Below are positions 1 to 18,451 of a stretch of DNA of 64,000 nt, in pieces (within the stretch, counting starts at the first letter, position 1; the number at the start of each line of letters is the position of its first letter). Below the pieces are notes generated by a model that saw nothing but the letters and a program-made list of their open reading frames with translations, was not told where the DNA came from and ran no database searches. Source of the DNA: the human T2T-CHM13v2.0 reference genome, Homo sapiens; NCBI RefSeq assembly GCF_009914755.1, contig NC_060926.1, one strand, 5' to 3'. The translations under genes were made by a program, and so were the position numbers.

Positions 1-59
1 TACTTGCAGCCCCACTGTGTGCTCGTGAGCACATAACCACCATCGGGGAGAGGATTGCA

Positions 60-280
60 GGTTTCTTCAATTCAGTGGTTCAAAGTCAGGTTCTGGGGTC
101 CCACAAGCTGGGTTTTAATCTGGATCACTGTGTGACCTTGAGCAAATCTTTAACCTTCCTGAGTCTCTCTTTCCTCATGGGTAAAGTAGTTGCAAAACAG
201 TATCTCCCCCACAGGATTTGGTGAGGATCAAATGAGACAATGTATGCGCCATGCCAGGCACAGCTCAATAAACTGGCATT
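60..280. mobile_element. MIR SINE fragment
   Basis: MIR core-like text gtgaccttgagcaaat...ttaaccttcctgagtctc...cctcat...gtgaggatcaaatgaga. Confidence 0.7.
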
Positions 281-311
281 ATTGATTCTTATTAACTCCC
301 CCAAGAAGTGA

Positions 312-777
<466 letters not shown>

Positions 778-1829
778 TAAGAGTGGTCCAGGAGCGAAGT
801 CAAAAAGTCGAAGTTCATTTCATCAGTGTTGGAGAAGGCCATTATGGGGCCACGGAGCCTGAGCTGCAAGTGCAGGCAGGATTTTAAACATGAGGTGCTC
901 AGTAAGCTGGCTCCTCTTGGGCACACACACATGCCCTCTGCCCCCCTCTGCCTACCCAGGTCTGTGTCCTCTCTGTGCCTCCCAACTCCTGCGTCTCTGC
1001 CCTGGCCTGCAATGTCTCCCTTTGCTCCACAGCCAAAATGAAGGGCTCACCAGGTCAGATTGTGTTTGTTGGAAGCTGTGCAGCCTTGGTGTGTATGGAA
1101 CCTGTTCTGATCCTTCTCCTTGAGATTTAATTTACTTCCAGTAACAACCCTGTGATATGAGACACAGGGACAGTATTTACCTGTGTACATGGCCATACAG
1201 TTTGCAGTGTGCTTTTTTGGACAGCATTTCATTTATTTCCAACCCTCAGAGGCAGGCAGGACAACAGCCCCAAGCTGTCCTCCTTTCATAAGAAGACAGA
1301 GGCTCAGTGACTGGCCTGAGGTCTCACAGCTGGCACGGCCAGAGGCTGGGTTCTGGGCCGGGTCTGTGAGTCCTGCTCTAGCTCCTCATGAATAAGCCCC
1401 TGCTTGCCGGGTGCTTCTCGTCAGAGTCTAAGATGAACTCCCAGCCCTGCTTCTGTGGTGTCTGTCCTTCCACTGGGGAATACGGATCCAGTGACCCATC
1501 AGTTGCTGGGCTCGGGGGTCATGGGCTGTAATTGTACCTACCAGGGTCTGTCCAGCAACGGACAGACCAGCCACATGCTCTGCTGTGATTCTGGGCTCCT
1601 CTCCCAGCCTGTCCTGGGTCTCCTTCGGCAGTTTGGAGCCTACCGAAGGGCTGTACATCCAGTGGCAGCCAGGGGAGGTGAAAGGCAACCAGTTTTGGCT
1701 TCAGACTTCAAATCCTTGAGTTTGACTACTAGGCCACTTACATACTGTAAGTGGGACTTTGAACAAGTAACTTCATGCCTCAGTTTCCTCATCTGTGTAA
1801 CGAGGATTAAAAATCCTGGATCTATCCTT

Positions 1830-1992
1830 TTGTGGTGGTACATGCCTATAGTCTCAGCTACTTGGGAGGCTGAGGTGGGAAGATAGATTGAGCCCAGGAG
1901 GTCAAGGCTGAAGTGTACTATGATAGTGCCTGTGAGTAGCCACTCCACTCCAACCTGGGCAACATAACAAGACCCCATGTCTTTTAAAAAAT
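1830..1992 (+). mobile_element. Alu monomer (FRAM/AluJ right arm)
   Basis: Single-arm Alu sequence with short A tail. Confidence 0.8.
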
Positions 1993-2280
1993 TCCAAAGC
2001 CAGTTTGAGGCTTGATTGAGTTCCTTTATGCAAGGGCCAGGCATATAAGTACACAATAAACAAATGGCAGCTCTCTCCCCTGTACCTTTGTAAAGCTGAA
2101 CTTAGCAAACACCTGCCTTCCAGATGATCTCCTGGGAGGTGGGGTATGTGAACTCTGAGTCCAGGAGCCAACAGCTGTGCTCAACACACTCCCTGGACCC
2201 AGTAACTGGGCAGGTTCTTCCATGGCTTTTCCTTTGACACTTGACTCAGTGTGACTGCGAGGTCCCACAGCTGTGGCTAG

Positions 2281-2703
<423 letters not shown>

Positions 2704-2982
2704 TGAGCACCGACTGTGTGCCAGGCACGTGCCAGGCACTGGGACCACCAGGATTCAGTGTGCCCCTGTCTGCAGCTGTGACTAATGGCACTGCTGCTAA
2801 TAGTAACAGAAAGAACATGTGGAGACTTACCCAGGCCAAGCCCCTCCAAGTGTTTACATAGTTAGCTTCCTTAATGCTGCCAACCACCCTGGAAGGTAGG
2901 TCTATTACCTAACCACTTTAGGTGGGAATAAGATGAAATTGGAAGAGACGGGTCAGCGTCAGAGATGAGCATTGTGCTTCTC

Positions 2983-3392
<410 letters not shown>

Positions 3393-3728
3393 TAGTGGTG
3401 TTAGAAATCCCCAGAGTGTGCACACAGGGAAAGGAGGCCCTCACTGCCCTGATATACCCAGTGAGGGCATTTCTAGGGGCAGTGGAGGGACAGGTGCCCT
3501 TATGTTCTCTGTGAGGGCCTACAGCTCGAATTCATACCTGAGTCGAAGTTAGTAAGGAGACTGAGCCAGGCCCAGCTCTGCTTGCAAACTTGCCATGCTT
3601 TCTCCCCTGGGCCTCAGTGTTCTCTTCTGTGTCACACGGGGGTGCTGATGGCCTCCATGACCCACTTAATCCCAGAGAAGCTGCAGACCTCTGACTTAAA
3701 TCAGCAAGTCCAGCAGACGCACATTTCA

Positions 3729-3998
3729 AGCCACAGATGAAATTCTAAATTTAAAGTCATGTTTAAAAAAGCAAAAAGAAGCAAGTAAAATTAATTTAAA
3801 TAATGTTATATTTAACTCAATTTATTAACTATATTTTCATCTCAACATGTAATCAATATAAAAAGTATTGCTGAAATATTTTACATTCATTTTTCATACT
3901 AAGTGTTCGATGAGCATTTTACATAAAACATATGGCTCATCTCGATTCAGACTGGCCACATTTCACGTGCTCAGCAGCACCTGTGGCATATTGGACAG
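3729..3998. mobile_element. MER33/MER3-like hAT-Charlie MITE
   Basis: AT-rich body ending gccacatttcacgtgctcagcagc...tattggacag. Confidence 0.65.
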
Positions 3999-5601
3999 AA
4001 GGCATTTAGTTATGGGTGGTAACTCTCACAGCCTGCCTCTGGCTCTAGCCCCACCTCCAGCTTGGCCCAAGGCTGGAGCCAACCCCCTCCAGGGCTCCCA
4101 CTGCCCTGCTTCCTGCTCACTTGAGGGCACTAAAAGCCACAAGGGGACCCAGAAATTAGACCACTCAGCGTGAGGAAGTGCAGGGGCAGCTGGGGACAGC
4201 AGCACGATTAGGAAGACACAAACCAAAGTGATGCCCCGCCACCTCTTGCTAGCCTGGGAGGGTGTATTGCAGGCAAGAAGCTGAGGCATCCCTTCACGTG
4301 GGGATCCACTGATTTTCGTATTGAAAAATGGACTTTGGGAGTTTGGGGTTTGGGGTTTGGCTTTAGCTTATTGTTTTTGTCTCTGTAAGCCCCACACCTT
4401 TCCACTCATGAGATTTCAGAGTCTGAGAAGGTGGAGGGTACAATAAACACAGCTAGTTTCCCGCCTTCCCACCGCCTCCATCCCAACCGCACTCACTCCT
4501 GACTTCCGTGTTTCCAAACCCCAAACCCCTCCCAGCACTACAGGAATGTCAATGCCTCTCTCCAGCTCTGGTTTGCAGCCAAACCTGCTTCTCCCCAGGG
4601 CTTGCAATCAGACCTTCTTCGGAGCCGAACCCCACCTTCTCACCCAAGAAAGGCCTTTTAGAGGACAAAGCTGGGATGGTTGAGAAAGTGTTTGGGGAGA
4701 GACAGGGCCTTTTTCAGGCCCTTAAGTATATCATGGGCTCAAAGTTTTATTCCTTTTAAGAACAGAGAGGGAGAGATTAAACTGGGGGCTCAGGAGGAAT
4801 CCAGGGGGACCTGGCTCTAGGCAAGAAGAATTTAAAACAGAACAGTCCCCCAACCTGAGTCTCCCCTAGACCCAGGCGGCGGTGCCCAGCCAAGGCACTG
4901 AGGGCCCAAAGAGTTGGCTCCCCTCTGGGCTCACCACTGACCATCTGAAAGACGTCCCTGCTTCCTCGGGTAGAAAATAAGCCAAACAGAACTACTTCTA
5001 GGGCCGTGAGGATTGAAGGAGGCAACACTCCCAGGAGAGGGCCAGGCTCGTTGCACCCTCTCCGACCCTGCTGATGACAGTTTCCTCTTACAATAGTTGC
5101 CCTCGGCACTATGATGACCCAGGGCCTTGGGTGCACCTAAAGTGTTCAACTTTTTGTCAGAAAATCTTTGCACGTGAGGTAGTGTGGCAGAGCGAGAAGC
5201 ACAGATTCTAGAATCAAGGTCTTTTGCTGCAGATACTGGCTCTGCAGCCAGTGGCTGTCTAACTTTGGGCACATTGTTTCAGCTCTCTGAGCCTAGGCTT
5301 CCTCCTGGATAAAATGGGGACAACAGTGCCTGCCCCAAAAGTTGTTGTGTCCAGTAAACTTATGCGGAAAGGCTCAGCACTGCTCCCCACACATGGCTGG
5401 AGCTTAGTGCACTTTCATCCTAGTTGCTTCTTCCCATCAATGTCTTGAAGCAGACAAACAGATCGTGTTCTCTCCGCTTTCCAGAGGAGGCTCAGAGAGG
5501 TGAGGGGTTAAAATGTCTACTTTTATATAGAAGATGCCAGCCCAAAAATGACTGATCTGTGGGCTTCCCCTGCCTGTTCCCCCTTACAACCCCCCAACAC
5601 C

Positions 5602-5892
5602 TTTTTTTTTTTTTGAGACGGAGTCACTGTCACCCAGGCTGGAGTTTAGTGGCAGGATCTTGGCTGACTGCAACCTCTGCCTCACAGGTTCAAACGACTC
5701 TGCTGCCTCAACCTCTTGAGTAGCTGGGATTACAGGCACGTGCCACCACGCCCAACTAATTTTTGTATTTTTAGTAGAGACGGGGTTTTGCCACGTTGGC
5801 CAGGCTGGTCTTGGACTCCTGACCTCAGGTGATCCACCTGCCTCGGCCTCCCAAAGTGCTGGGATTACAGGCGTGAGTCACCGCGCCCAGCC
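5602..5892 (-). mobile_element. AluS
   Basis: Full-length antisense Alu. Confidence 0.95.
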
Positions 5893-5898
5893 TTAATA

Positions 5899-5929
<31 letters not shown>

Positions 5930-6695
5930 CTGTCCCCCTGACTCTAGAGTTTAGGTTCATGGTGTCTCCTTACTCCCTCTCCTTCCATTTTGGAGAAAAT
6001 CAGTGCAGAGAGATCTGTTTCCTTAACCCACAAAGGCAAGGGTTGGACTCTGTGGCCAGCAGTGCCCCCTTCATCCCCAGTAGGCATCAGAGCCACAGCT
6101 GTCTTCCTTTGCTCTGGGTGCCGGCCCACTGCCCCTCCCAACACTTCAGCAGGGGTCACTGGGTAAAAATGAAGGAGAGGGGTGACCCATCCAGGAGTCA
6201 GGACAGGGGCTTGGGGTCCCAACACAGCACTCACCACTTGGGGCTGCAGGGGCCAGCTCCCCTTGTCTCTGGTGTTCACCTTTGAAATTAAAGTTTGAGA
6301 CTGAACTTCCCTTAGCTCTGATATTATATATATATTTTAGGGCCATCTGAGAAGGAAAACCAATCCCCAAATATGACACATGCGTGGTACTCTACATGCA
6401 GAAAAGGGCACCCCCTCCTTCCATGAGCTTCCTCCATGTGCTTAGGGAATGCCGAGTTGGGCGGAGGGGCTCGTTGTGCCAAAGGCTGGGCGATCCAGCC
6501 CTGGGGCTCAAGGTCTTCAGCCAGGTGGAGCCACATCTACTGAAACTTTTTTTGGACACACTGTCCCTTTCATTCTCAGATAATCCCAAGAAGGAGGTGG
6601 CAGTTATCATTATTTCAGCAGATAAGGAAATCAAGGCACAGAAAAATGCTATGACTTGTCCCAAGTCATACAGCGGTTAATCAGGGGTGTAGGTC

Positions 6696-7020
<325 letters not shown>

Positions 7021-7239
7021 TCAGAGGTGTAGGCTCTGCTCAGTTCTGTGTGGCTCCAGAGCCTTCCTCTCTCCAGGACACAAAGCTGAACCCCATCCCT
7101 AGGCCCTCACCCCTTTCCCAACATCTGAGAATTCAGAAAGCAGATCAAACATTCTATTGCTCTGTGACCTTCAAGCCCTGTAGCAGCCTGGGGAACAGTC
7201 ATAAGGACTTCAGTACTTGGATGTAAGACAAATTTTGTT

Positions 7240-7543
7240 CATTTGTTCATTTATTTGCTCTTGAGACAGGGTCTTGCTCTGTCGCCCAAGCCAGAGTGCA
7301 GTTGCATGATCATGGCTCACTTCAGCCTTGACTTCCCAAGCTCAGGTGATCCTCTCACCTCAGCCTCCTGGGTAGCTGGGACTGTAGGCATATGCCACCA
7401 TGCCTGGCTAAACTTTTTATTTTTTGTAGAGAGGGGGTTTCACCATGTTGCCCAGGCTGGTCTCAACCTCCCGAGCTCAAATGATCTCCTGCCTTGGCCT
7501 CCGGAAGTGTTGGGATTCCAGGCATGAGCCACCGCACCCGGCC
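7240..7543 (-). mobile_element. AluJ-like
   Basis: Antisense Alu ending 75 bp upstream of exon 3; TSD taagacaaa. Confidence 0.9.
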
Positions 7544-7566
7544 ATAAGACAAAGTTTTGTCTTTGA

Positions 7567-7836
<270 letters not shown>

Positions 7837-7949
7837 TAGGGTCAGAAAGGATGCTGAGTGTGACAGCAACTCACAGTCTCGTGGGAGACAGACTCGTAAA
7901 TTGTTACTGGACAAAGCTTAATGGAGGAGATCTCCACCCACACCCCTGC

Positions 7950-8390
7950 ACACAAATGTCCACAGCTTCATTATTCATACTAGCCAAAAGCAGAAACTAC
8001 CCAAACATCCACCAGCTAATGAGTTGATTAACAAAATGTGGCTTATTTATTATCGTGGAATATTGTTTGGCCATAATAAAGAATAAAATGAAAGGAGCCA
8101 GTCACAAAAATCCATATACTATATGATTCCATGATTATGGAATATCCAGCATATGATCCTCTGTAGAGACAGAATGTAGATTGGTTGCTGCCTAAGGCTG
8201 GGGGCTTGGGAAAGAAATGGGGAGTGATTCCTAATGGGTATAAGGTTTCTTTTTAGGGGAATTTAAATGTTCTGAAATTACATTATGATAATGGTTGCAC
8301 AACTCCATGAATACACTAAAAACCATGACATTGTACACTTTAAACAAGGGGACTTTATGAGTAAATTATAACTCAATAAAGCTGTTAACA
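7950..8390 (+). mobile_element. L1M (L1MB-like) 3' end
   Basis: Old L1 3' UTR text (gagacagaatgtagattggttgctgcc...tctgaaatta...ctcaataaagctgt). Confidence 0.75.
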
Positions 8391-8438
8391 AACAAAAAAT
8401 CCACTCAAAGGACCAGCACTTTAAACTTTTCCAGTTTT

Positions 8439-8726
8439 GGCCAGACGTGGTGGCTCACACCTGTAATCCCAGCACTTTGGGAGGCCCAGATGGGTGGATC
8501 GCCTTGAGCTCAGGAGTTAGAGACCAGCCTGGGCAACACGGTGAAACTCTGTCTCTACAAAAATGTAAAAAAATTAGATGGGCGTGGTGGCACATGCCTG
8601 TAGTCCCAGTTACTCAGGAGGCTGAGGTGGATGCCTTGAGCCTGGGAGGTGGAGATTGAAGTGAGCTGAGATCCTGCCACTGCACTCCAGCCTGGGTGAT
8701 AGAGCCAGGCCCTCTCTCAAAAAAAA
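8439..8726 (+). mobile_element. Alu
   Basis: Sense Alu; TSD tttccagtttt. Confidence 0.95.
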
Positions 8727-9502
8727 GTTTCCAGTTTTAATACCTAACAGAGGACCTAATACACAGTATGTGCTAGTTCATGAAAACATGTTTGTTTGCA
8801 AATGAACACATTTGCTTCTCTATGCTACACCAGACACCTCAGCTGGAGTGTACGCACATACACACACACACAGACACACATGCCCATGCACACGCTTTCC
8901 TTAAACCCATCAGCCCAAACGTGTTTCTGGAAAAATACTGACCTCAGCCCAGCAAAAGTCACTGGTGACAAACAGAAAGTGCCATCTGCTGCTACCCAGA
9001 AAACAAACCACAAGCAGCCCCAGGAGCACTGCCTCACACTGCTCAGTTTGCTTTGTCTTAAATATTTTAAGTACCAGAAATTATTGAGGACAGTACTGAA
9101 TAGGATCTGGGAGACCAGGGTGGGAAGCTGCCGTCACATGAGGTCACAGTAAAAAGAAAATCAGAACCAATGTACAGAAGAGTAAAGTCTTAAGGAGCTT
9201 AAGAGTAACCTTATTTTACAAAGTCCCATGCCCTGACCCCTTCACCTAAACGATTTCAGGCAGACTACAATAAAAAGGATATAAAAGGCAAATACAATAG
9301 AGCCACTAAGATGAGGGCACAAGAACTGGTTGTGTGCTATGGCTGTGGAGAACCCAGCAACATCAGTTTAAACAAAGGGAAGACCCCAAGTTGTATGGCA
9401 CCCCAACCCCAGTGATAGAAAGAAACAACCTGCCACCAAAAGAAGAAACCTTCATCCTAGCACTAAATTCTAGAAGCAATCTGCCCATTCATCTTCATGT
9501 AA

Positions 9503-9967
<465 letters not shown>

Positions 9968-10698
9968 TAAGAATAACCCGGATGTGTGTGAAGGTGACCT
10001 AGTGGAGTAAGGCTGGGGATGGGTGTGGGGAAAGTAGGTGGAGGTTACACTGAGGAGAGTGGCCCTGGGTCAGTGTAGCCTAGTGGCAAGTCAGTCAGGC
10101 CTAGGTCTGAATCTCTGTCTACCACTGCCTGTACTATGAGACACTGAATAGGTGATTCAGCCTCTGTGAACCTCAGTTTCCTTGTCTGTGAAATGGGGAT
10201 GCAGGATTAAATGAGATGCTATTATACACCAGGCACTCAGAGCTTGTGGGGCGTCCACACAGACCTCAAAGCCTGTGATCATGAATGAAACCCATGGGGT
10301 CACTGAGAAGGCACTGTCCCTGAGGCTTAGGGCTGTTCCTAAGACAACACCCTTAGGTGCTGGGGGACCATTTCTAAACCATGGACTCAGGAGCAGAGTG
10401 CAGGTCCAGAGCTCAGGAGACCCTGAGGCCCCAGTAAGATGAGGAAGGCTGGGCTGGGGGTGTCATTGGTGTGGCTCTGGCAAATGACCCCTTACCCAAG
10501 CACGTTATTTGCAGCAGCAACTTTTCCCGGAGAGTCACATTTTGGATGGGAGACAGTGCTCCAGAGGAGACCTGTAGCTACATTGCTGGCCTCCACAGTG
10601 GTCTTAACCATGACCTCTCCTCAGGAAGGAGCCCTGCCGCCCTGTACATCCCTGCGACCTGCACCCACCTCCATTACAGTTTTTAAAAACTTAGTTGA

Positions 10699-12025
<1,327 letters not shown>

Positions 12026-12852
12026 TACCAATACCTTTCTTCCTCACAAGATGGGAGTTTGCATTTAGTATGTACTTAGCACATATGTATTCAGTAAAAA
12101 TTCTCTCTCTTCCTTGACATCCACAATGCTTTCCAATTTTCCGAACCTCGAGCCCAAATCTGCAGCCTTGCCCTTTCACCCATGGGCCCTGCTTTGCCCC
12201 TCAGCTACTCAAGGGACCAGCCACAGGGGCCTGAAGGGTGTCAGAGGAGGATTTGGGACATTGATAGTGTAAAGTCTGCTGTTTAAATAGCACACAAAAT
12301 GGACAAAGGAACAGATAGTCAACTCGTAGAAGAAAAATCATACAAGTTCCCAATATATGAAAATAGGCCAAAGCTTATAAGAAATTAGGGAATTTAAGTG
12401 AAATAACATTTTCCCCCACTTGACTGGCAAAAACTAAAACATTTTGATGATATCAAGGGTCAGCAAGGTGCACTATTGGCGGGTGGGGACGGAAGTCAGT
12501 GCCGCCTTTTAGGGAGGCATTTGACAGCATCTGTCACAATTTAAAATGGGCAAAGTCTGGGGTTTAGTAGTTCCCGTTCTCAGTATTTACCTCAGGAAGG
12601 CACCTTTGTAAGGAAATATACAGGTTGTTTTCTGCAGAGTTATTTGTAAAAGTAAAACACAGGAAACAATCAAAAGGCCCACTGATGACAAGTAACTCAT
12701 GGTACATCCATGCTGTCAGATGTTACTCTGCTGGAAGAAAGAACACATTGACTAAGTGAAGGAAAAAAGGCGCATTGAAAAAATAAAGGTACAAAAGAAC
12801 AATTTGTACAGTATAATCCACTCTATATATTTTTTAAAACTATATGTATTTA

Positions 12853-13254
<402 letters not shown>

Positions 13255-13467
13255 TCAGGGAGCACTCTAATCCTATATTTAAATGTCTTACAATGAAAAT
13301 ATATTCAGCTATTTCTTGTGAAAAATAAAAGTTTTAAAAATAAATAGTAAAAGACTCATTACCAGGCATGAAAATTGTCTACTTCTTAAAAATTTGAATG
13401 TGGGACATGAAATTTTATAATAAAATGATTTCAATAATGTTTAAAGTGCTTACAAAGACTAGACGAT

Positions 13468-14162
<695 letters not shown>

Positions 14163-14767
14163 TAGTTCTTGGCCTGGGGCTACGCAGCCAAAACCAAAGA
14201 CCACCCTGTCCCTGGAGTCAGGCAAACCTGGGTTTGAGTGCAACGTGGCTGTTTCCTGATCCAGTGCCCCGGTCTCTCTGAGCCTCGGCTGCCTCAGATG
14301 GGGGTAGGACATTAGCTACCTCCCAGAGTTGCTGTTTGTAAATTCCTACCCCAAATGCCTGGCACTCGGCACGTGTCAGTGAGTGGGAACTCACGTGAGC
14401 AGTTGAGACCAAAGCCCAGTGTCCAGAAAAGTTTGCCTATGGGGTTTGTGTTGTGTTCCTAGAAGCTAGAAATCCTCTCCACGACACCGATATTGATGAG
14501 GCTGTGGGAAACAGAAATGACTGCTGCTCCCAGCCACCCCAGAGACAGGACTGTCTCCTTCTATGGCCCCCACCCCAAGCTCTGCACAGCACTGGGTTCA
14601 CAAGAAAGACGGGGAGCCGGAGGGGAGGCCTGCATGGCTGCCCTAGAGCCCAGAGCCCAGACTCTACCCCGGTTCTTCTGCTCACCTGTGCCACCTCGAG
14701 CCAGCCCCTTCCCCTCTCTGCGCATCTATAAAGTGGGCAGGTGGGACAGCAAGGGCATGAACTAGAT

Positions 14768-14945
14768 CAGTGGCTCTTAACTTTTGTAGGTCACAGACCC
14801 CTTTGAACATACGATGAAAATAACGGACCTCTCCCCACAGAAATGCACCCAGGAGCATACTTTTGCCTACAATTGTTCCCCACAGAGGGGCCCATGTACC
14901 CCATTCTAAGAAACCCATAAATCTCAGTGGTTTGCAAACTCTCTC
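14768..14945. mobile_element. hAT-Charlie-type MITE
   Basis: Begins cagtggctcttaac...ggtcacagacccctttga; subfamily uncertain. Confidence 0.5.
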
Positions 14946-15121
14946 GATCAAGGAAGGACCTCATTGGTAAAATATTTTGAAACACATTTAATAACATGCA
15001 TAAAATGTTAAATAAGCGAATACAGCTAATTGAATATTATAAAGTAAATGCAGCAGTTGGCTGTATTTACTTATTTAATATTTTATGTATGTTATTAAAT
15101 GTGCTTCAAAATGAAAAGCAA

Positions 15122-15240
15122 GTTGGGTGTAGTGGCAAGTGCCCGTACTTGAGAGGCTGAGGAGGGAGGAGGGACTTGAGCCCAGGAGTTCAAGTCTAGC
15201 CTAGACAACATAATAAGACCCCATTCCTAAAAAAATAAAT
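15122..15240 (+). mobile_element. FLAM-type Alu monomer
   Basis: Left-arm monomer with A tail. Confidence 0.75.
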
Positions 15241-15748
15241 GAAAATCAAAAGTAATAAAGGCTGAAATACAAATGTCAATAGACATGCTTTTATTTTCTT
15301 CCTAACTCCCAGTGGGAAATCTCGCTCATCCTCTGAATGCAATTGCCCTAGCCTGAGACTGCCTGTCTCTGGGACCTTTCATGTCTGACCTGCTGTGAAG
15401 GGCAAGCAGGTGTGTTTAAGGACACAGACTCTGCAGCTGATTAATTGAGTTTGAATTCTGGCTTTCCCACTTACTAGCTGCATGACTTTGGGCATGTTAT
15501 CCAGTAATTCACTCACTCTGTGTCTCAGTTTCCCACATATAAAATGGAGATCTTAAAAGTAGTATCCAACTCAGGTTTTCAGTGAGCATTAAGGGGATTA
15601 AAATGTGTAAAGTGTTTGGGCCAGGGTCTGGGACCAGGGAGGTGGGCTGAGGTGTCAGCTGCCCCTGTGACAATCCTCCTTGGCCTCTGGGGCTCAGCAC
15701 AGTGACCCACAGCCCACACTGACTGGCGCCCTTGCTTTCCTCTTCCAG

Positions 15749-15785
15749 GCCGGCGGAGGAGAGCCCGGCTTCGTTTCATGAAACA
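15749..15785 (+). CDS. CD8B2: exon 5: membrane-proximal cytoplasmic segment (CRRRRARLRFMKQ)
   Basis: Acceptor tcttccAG (15747-48), donor GTaagt (15786); 37 nt. Confidence 0.95.
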
Positions 15786-15899
15786 GTAAGTGTATAACCT
15801 GGGTGTGGCCTTGGGTTCCTCAGCCCCTGCTGCAGCTTGCAGCCTCTAACTGCGGCGAGGAGCCAAAGTCAGACCTCATCTTCCAAAGATCATAGACTC

Positions 15900-16053
15900 G
15901 GCCGGGCGTGGTAGTGCACACCTGTAGTCACAGCTACTCGGGAGCTGAAGCAGGAGGATCACTTGAGCCCAGGGGTTCAAGGCTGCAGTGAGCTATGATG
16001 GTACCACTGCACTCCAGCCTGGGCAACAGAGTGAGACCCCATCTAAAAAAAAA
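15900..16053 (+). mobile_element. Alu monomer (FRAM-like)
   Basis: Single arm with A tail. Confidence 0.85.
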
Positions 16054-16500
16054 ATTTACAGACTGTATAAATAGGTGGGGTGATAGAGTTCAGGAACCTA
16101 AGAGATAACCTAAACAAACAAAAACCTGACCAATAAGTTAAATGTATTTCAACAACATTCTTAGCTCTCCTGAGGAGAGCAATCAGGCTTTGCATGCACA
16201 GAATACCGCAGAGTATCCCAAACTCATCCCATCCGTTATTTCATCCCACCTATTATTTCATCCCCTTGGTTCTGTGTGAGATAAGGGGTTATCACCCTCA
16301 TTTGACAGATCAGTGGAGAGACTACTGGAATCGGATTTGAAGACCAGCCTCTTCCACCAGCCATTGCTTTCCTTCCCTAGGAGCTGCCTTTGTCCCACCT
16401 GCCGCCCTCGACCCCATCTGGGTCCCAGGAGTTGACAGAGTCACATAGCACTCTTGGGGCCCACTAAGCTGAGAAAGCGCCTGTACTTACCCTGGGCTGG

Positions 16501-16592
16501 GCTGGGACCTTTAGTGGTGGCCATTTAGTCACCACCTTTGCAAGTTGCTTTTCCCTGGTAGGGCAGTGACATTAGGTCCTGGGTCTTTCATG
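16501..16592 (+). repeat. 92-bp local duplication, copy 1 (intron 5)
   Basis: 86/92 identical to 18705-18796 by manual alignment. Confidence 0.9.
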
Positions 16593-17309
16593 AGGCTGTT
16601 GGAAGCCATCCTGGGCCAGGGCAGCATTCCTGCATTTGATTTTTGTTCCTCAAAACAGAGACTGTTTCACATCTGCCTATCCAGTTAATTACATTTGATC
16701 CTTAGAACAACCCCCTCTATACAGAAATGTTTGGGGGAGCAAAAGTACACAACTCTAAATTGACGAGGGCAACAGGTTCTCTTGCTCAAAAGCTCCAGCT
16801 TTAGGTGGAGACAGGGCTGGGTTTGAATCCCGTCTGCCAATCACCATGTGACAGCCAGCAAGTCACTTCATGTCTCCAAGTCTCGGATTTCTCGTCTGTT
16901 AAATGAGCTAACAGTGCCAATCTCACAGTCAGTGTGAGGGCTCACTGGGGTATTATTCTTAAAGCATGTGGCCCCAGGACCCCTGAGTCAGAGCACAAGC
17001 TCAAGTCACTTCAGTAAATTCCACTCTGCAAGTGCAGCAACGGACAAACAAAATGTATTTTTGAATACTCTAAAATTGTAAATAGCCATATAAATTCATA
17101 TTACTATATGCTCTGCACTGTTGTACACATTATATTTATATCGAGAGTGGCTTAAACATGCCTGCTGGATTTTATGGGCAATTTTCAATGATATTTTAAT
17201 TGTGTACAATTTTCACCTTGTGTGTTGGATTTAGAAGCTGCCCCCTACCCAAGAGATAATAACTTGAGTGTAGCTGTCTCAGGCCAGACCTCTAGAAAGT
17301 TCCATTCAA

Positions 17310-17610
<301 letters not shown>

Positions 17611-18330
17611 AAAGTTCCGTTCAAAATCTCTCCCATGATGACCTTTCATGGAAAGTAAGTCCCTCTCTGGTACTAACTGTGGTCTGGGTCTGTCCCCACC
17701 CCTTCATTTTAACTTGCTCCCCAGTGATCTGATGCCAGTTTTGGGGAGGCTGGATGCAGGACCTCATGCTTTTGCAAGCCCAGGGTCAGCTTGAGGCAGG
17801 GAAGGGGCTCTGGGTGGTCGTGGGGGGACCCTGAGACCTCCTCACTCTCTTCATTTTGAACAGACGTACTCTCTTCTACTGTCTGGGTTTACACTTACCT
17901 GTAACATGTCATTTGAACAAAAGGGTTTGTGGCTTCAGAAAAGCTTGAAAACCACCTCTGGTTTTGCTCTCATGATCCAGGCATGGAGGAAATAGCCTGT
18001 GGTGCTCACAGATCTGAGTTGCGATTTGAGGTAGTTGTTCCCCAGCCTCTAACTGTCCTTAGAAAATCATCCCATCCGCAGGCTAATTTCTTCTGGCCCC
18101 TTGATATAAATTTGTGATTCTCTTAGATTATCTTAGAGGTACTACAGGAAGTAACCCAATTCAAAGCTACCGTTCTTTGAGCTGCAGTTTTGTTTTGTTT
18201 TGGTTTTTAGCCTTAACAATCTTTTTAATGACTAAGATGGGCCCTAGAAACATACTAACAAAAAACTCTCGGCCCCAGGCTACTTGGAGTAGAACTCTGC
18301 ATTCTCACTTGCCATTTGTCTCTGTTACAG

Positions 18331-18451
18331 GAAATTCAATATCGTTTGCCTGAAAATAAGTGGTTTCTCAACTTGCTGTTGTTTTCAGATTTTACAAATG
18401 AGCAGAGAATACGGTTTTGGTGTCCTGCTACAAAAAGACATCGGTCAGTAA
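18331..18451 (+). CDS. CD8B2: alternative upstream acceptor of exon 6, M-2-type tail (Q)KFNIVCLKISGFSTCCCFQILQMSREYGFGVLLQKDIGQ-stop
   Basis: Acceptor tctgttacAG (18329-30); frame open to TAA at 18449-51; matches the recalled CD8B M-2 tail except one T->S. Confidence 0.75.
18389..18401 (+). CDS. CD8B2: exon 6 coding part, M-1-type tail (Q)FYK-stop
   Basis: Acceptor gttttcAG (18387-88); A TTT TAC AAA TGA completes a 210-aa CD8 beta-type protein. Confidence 0.92.
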
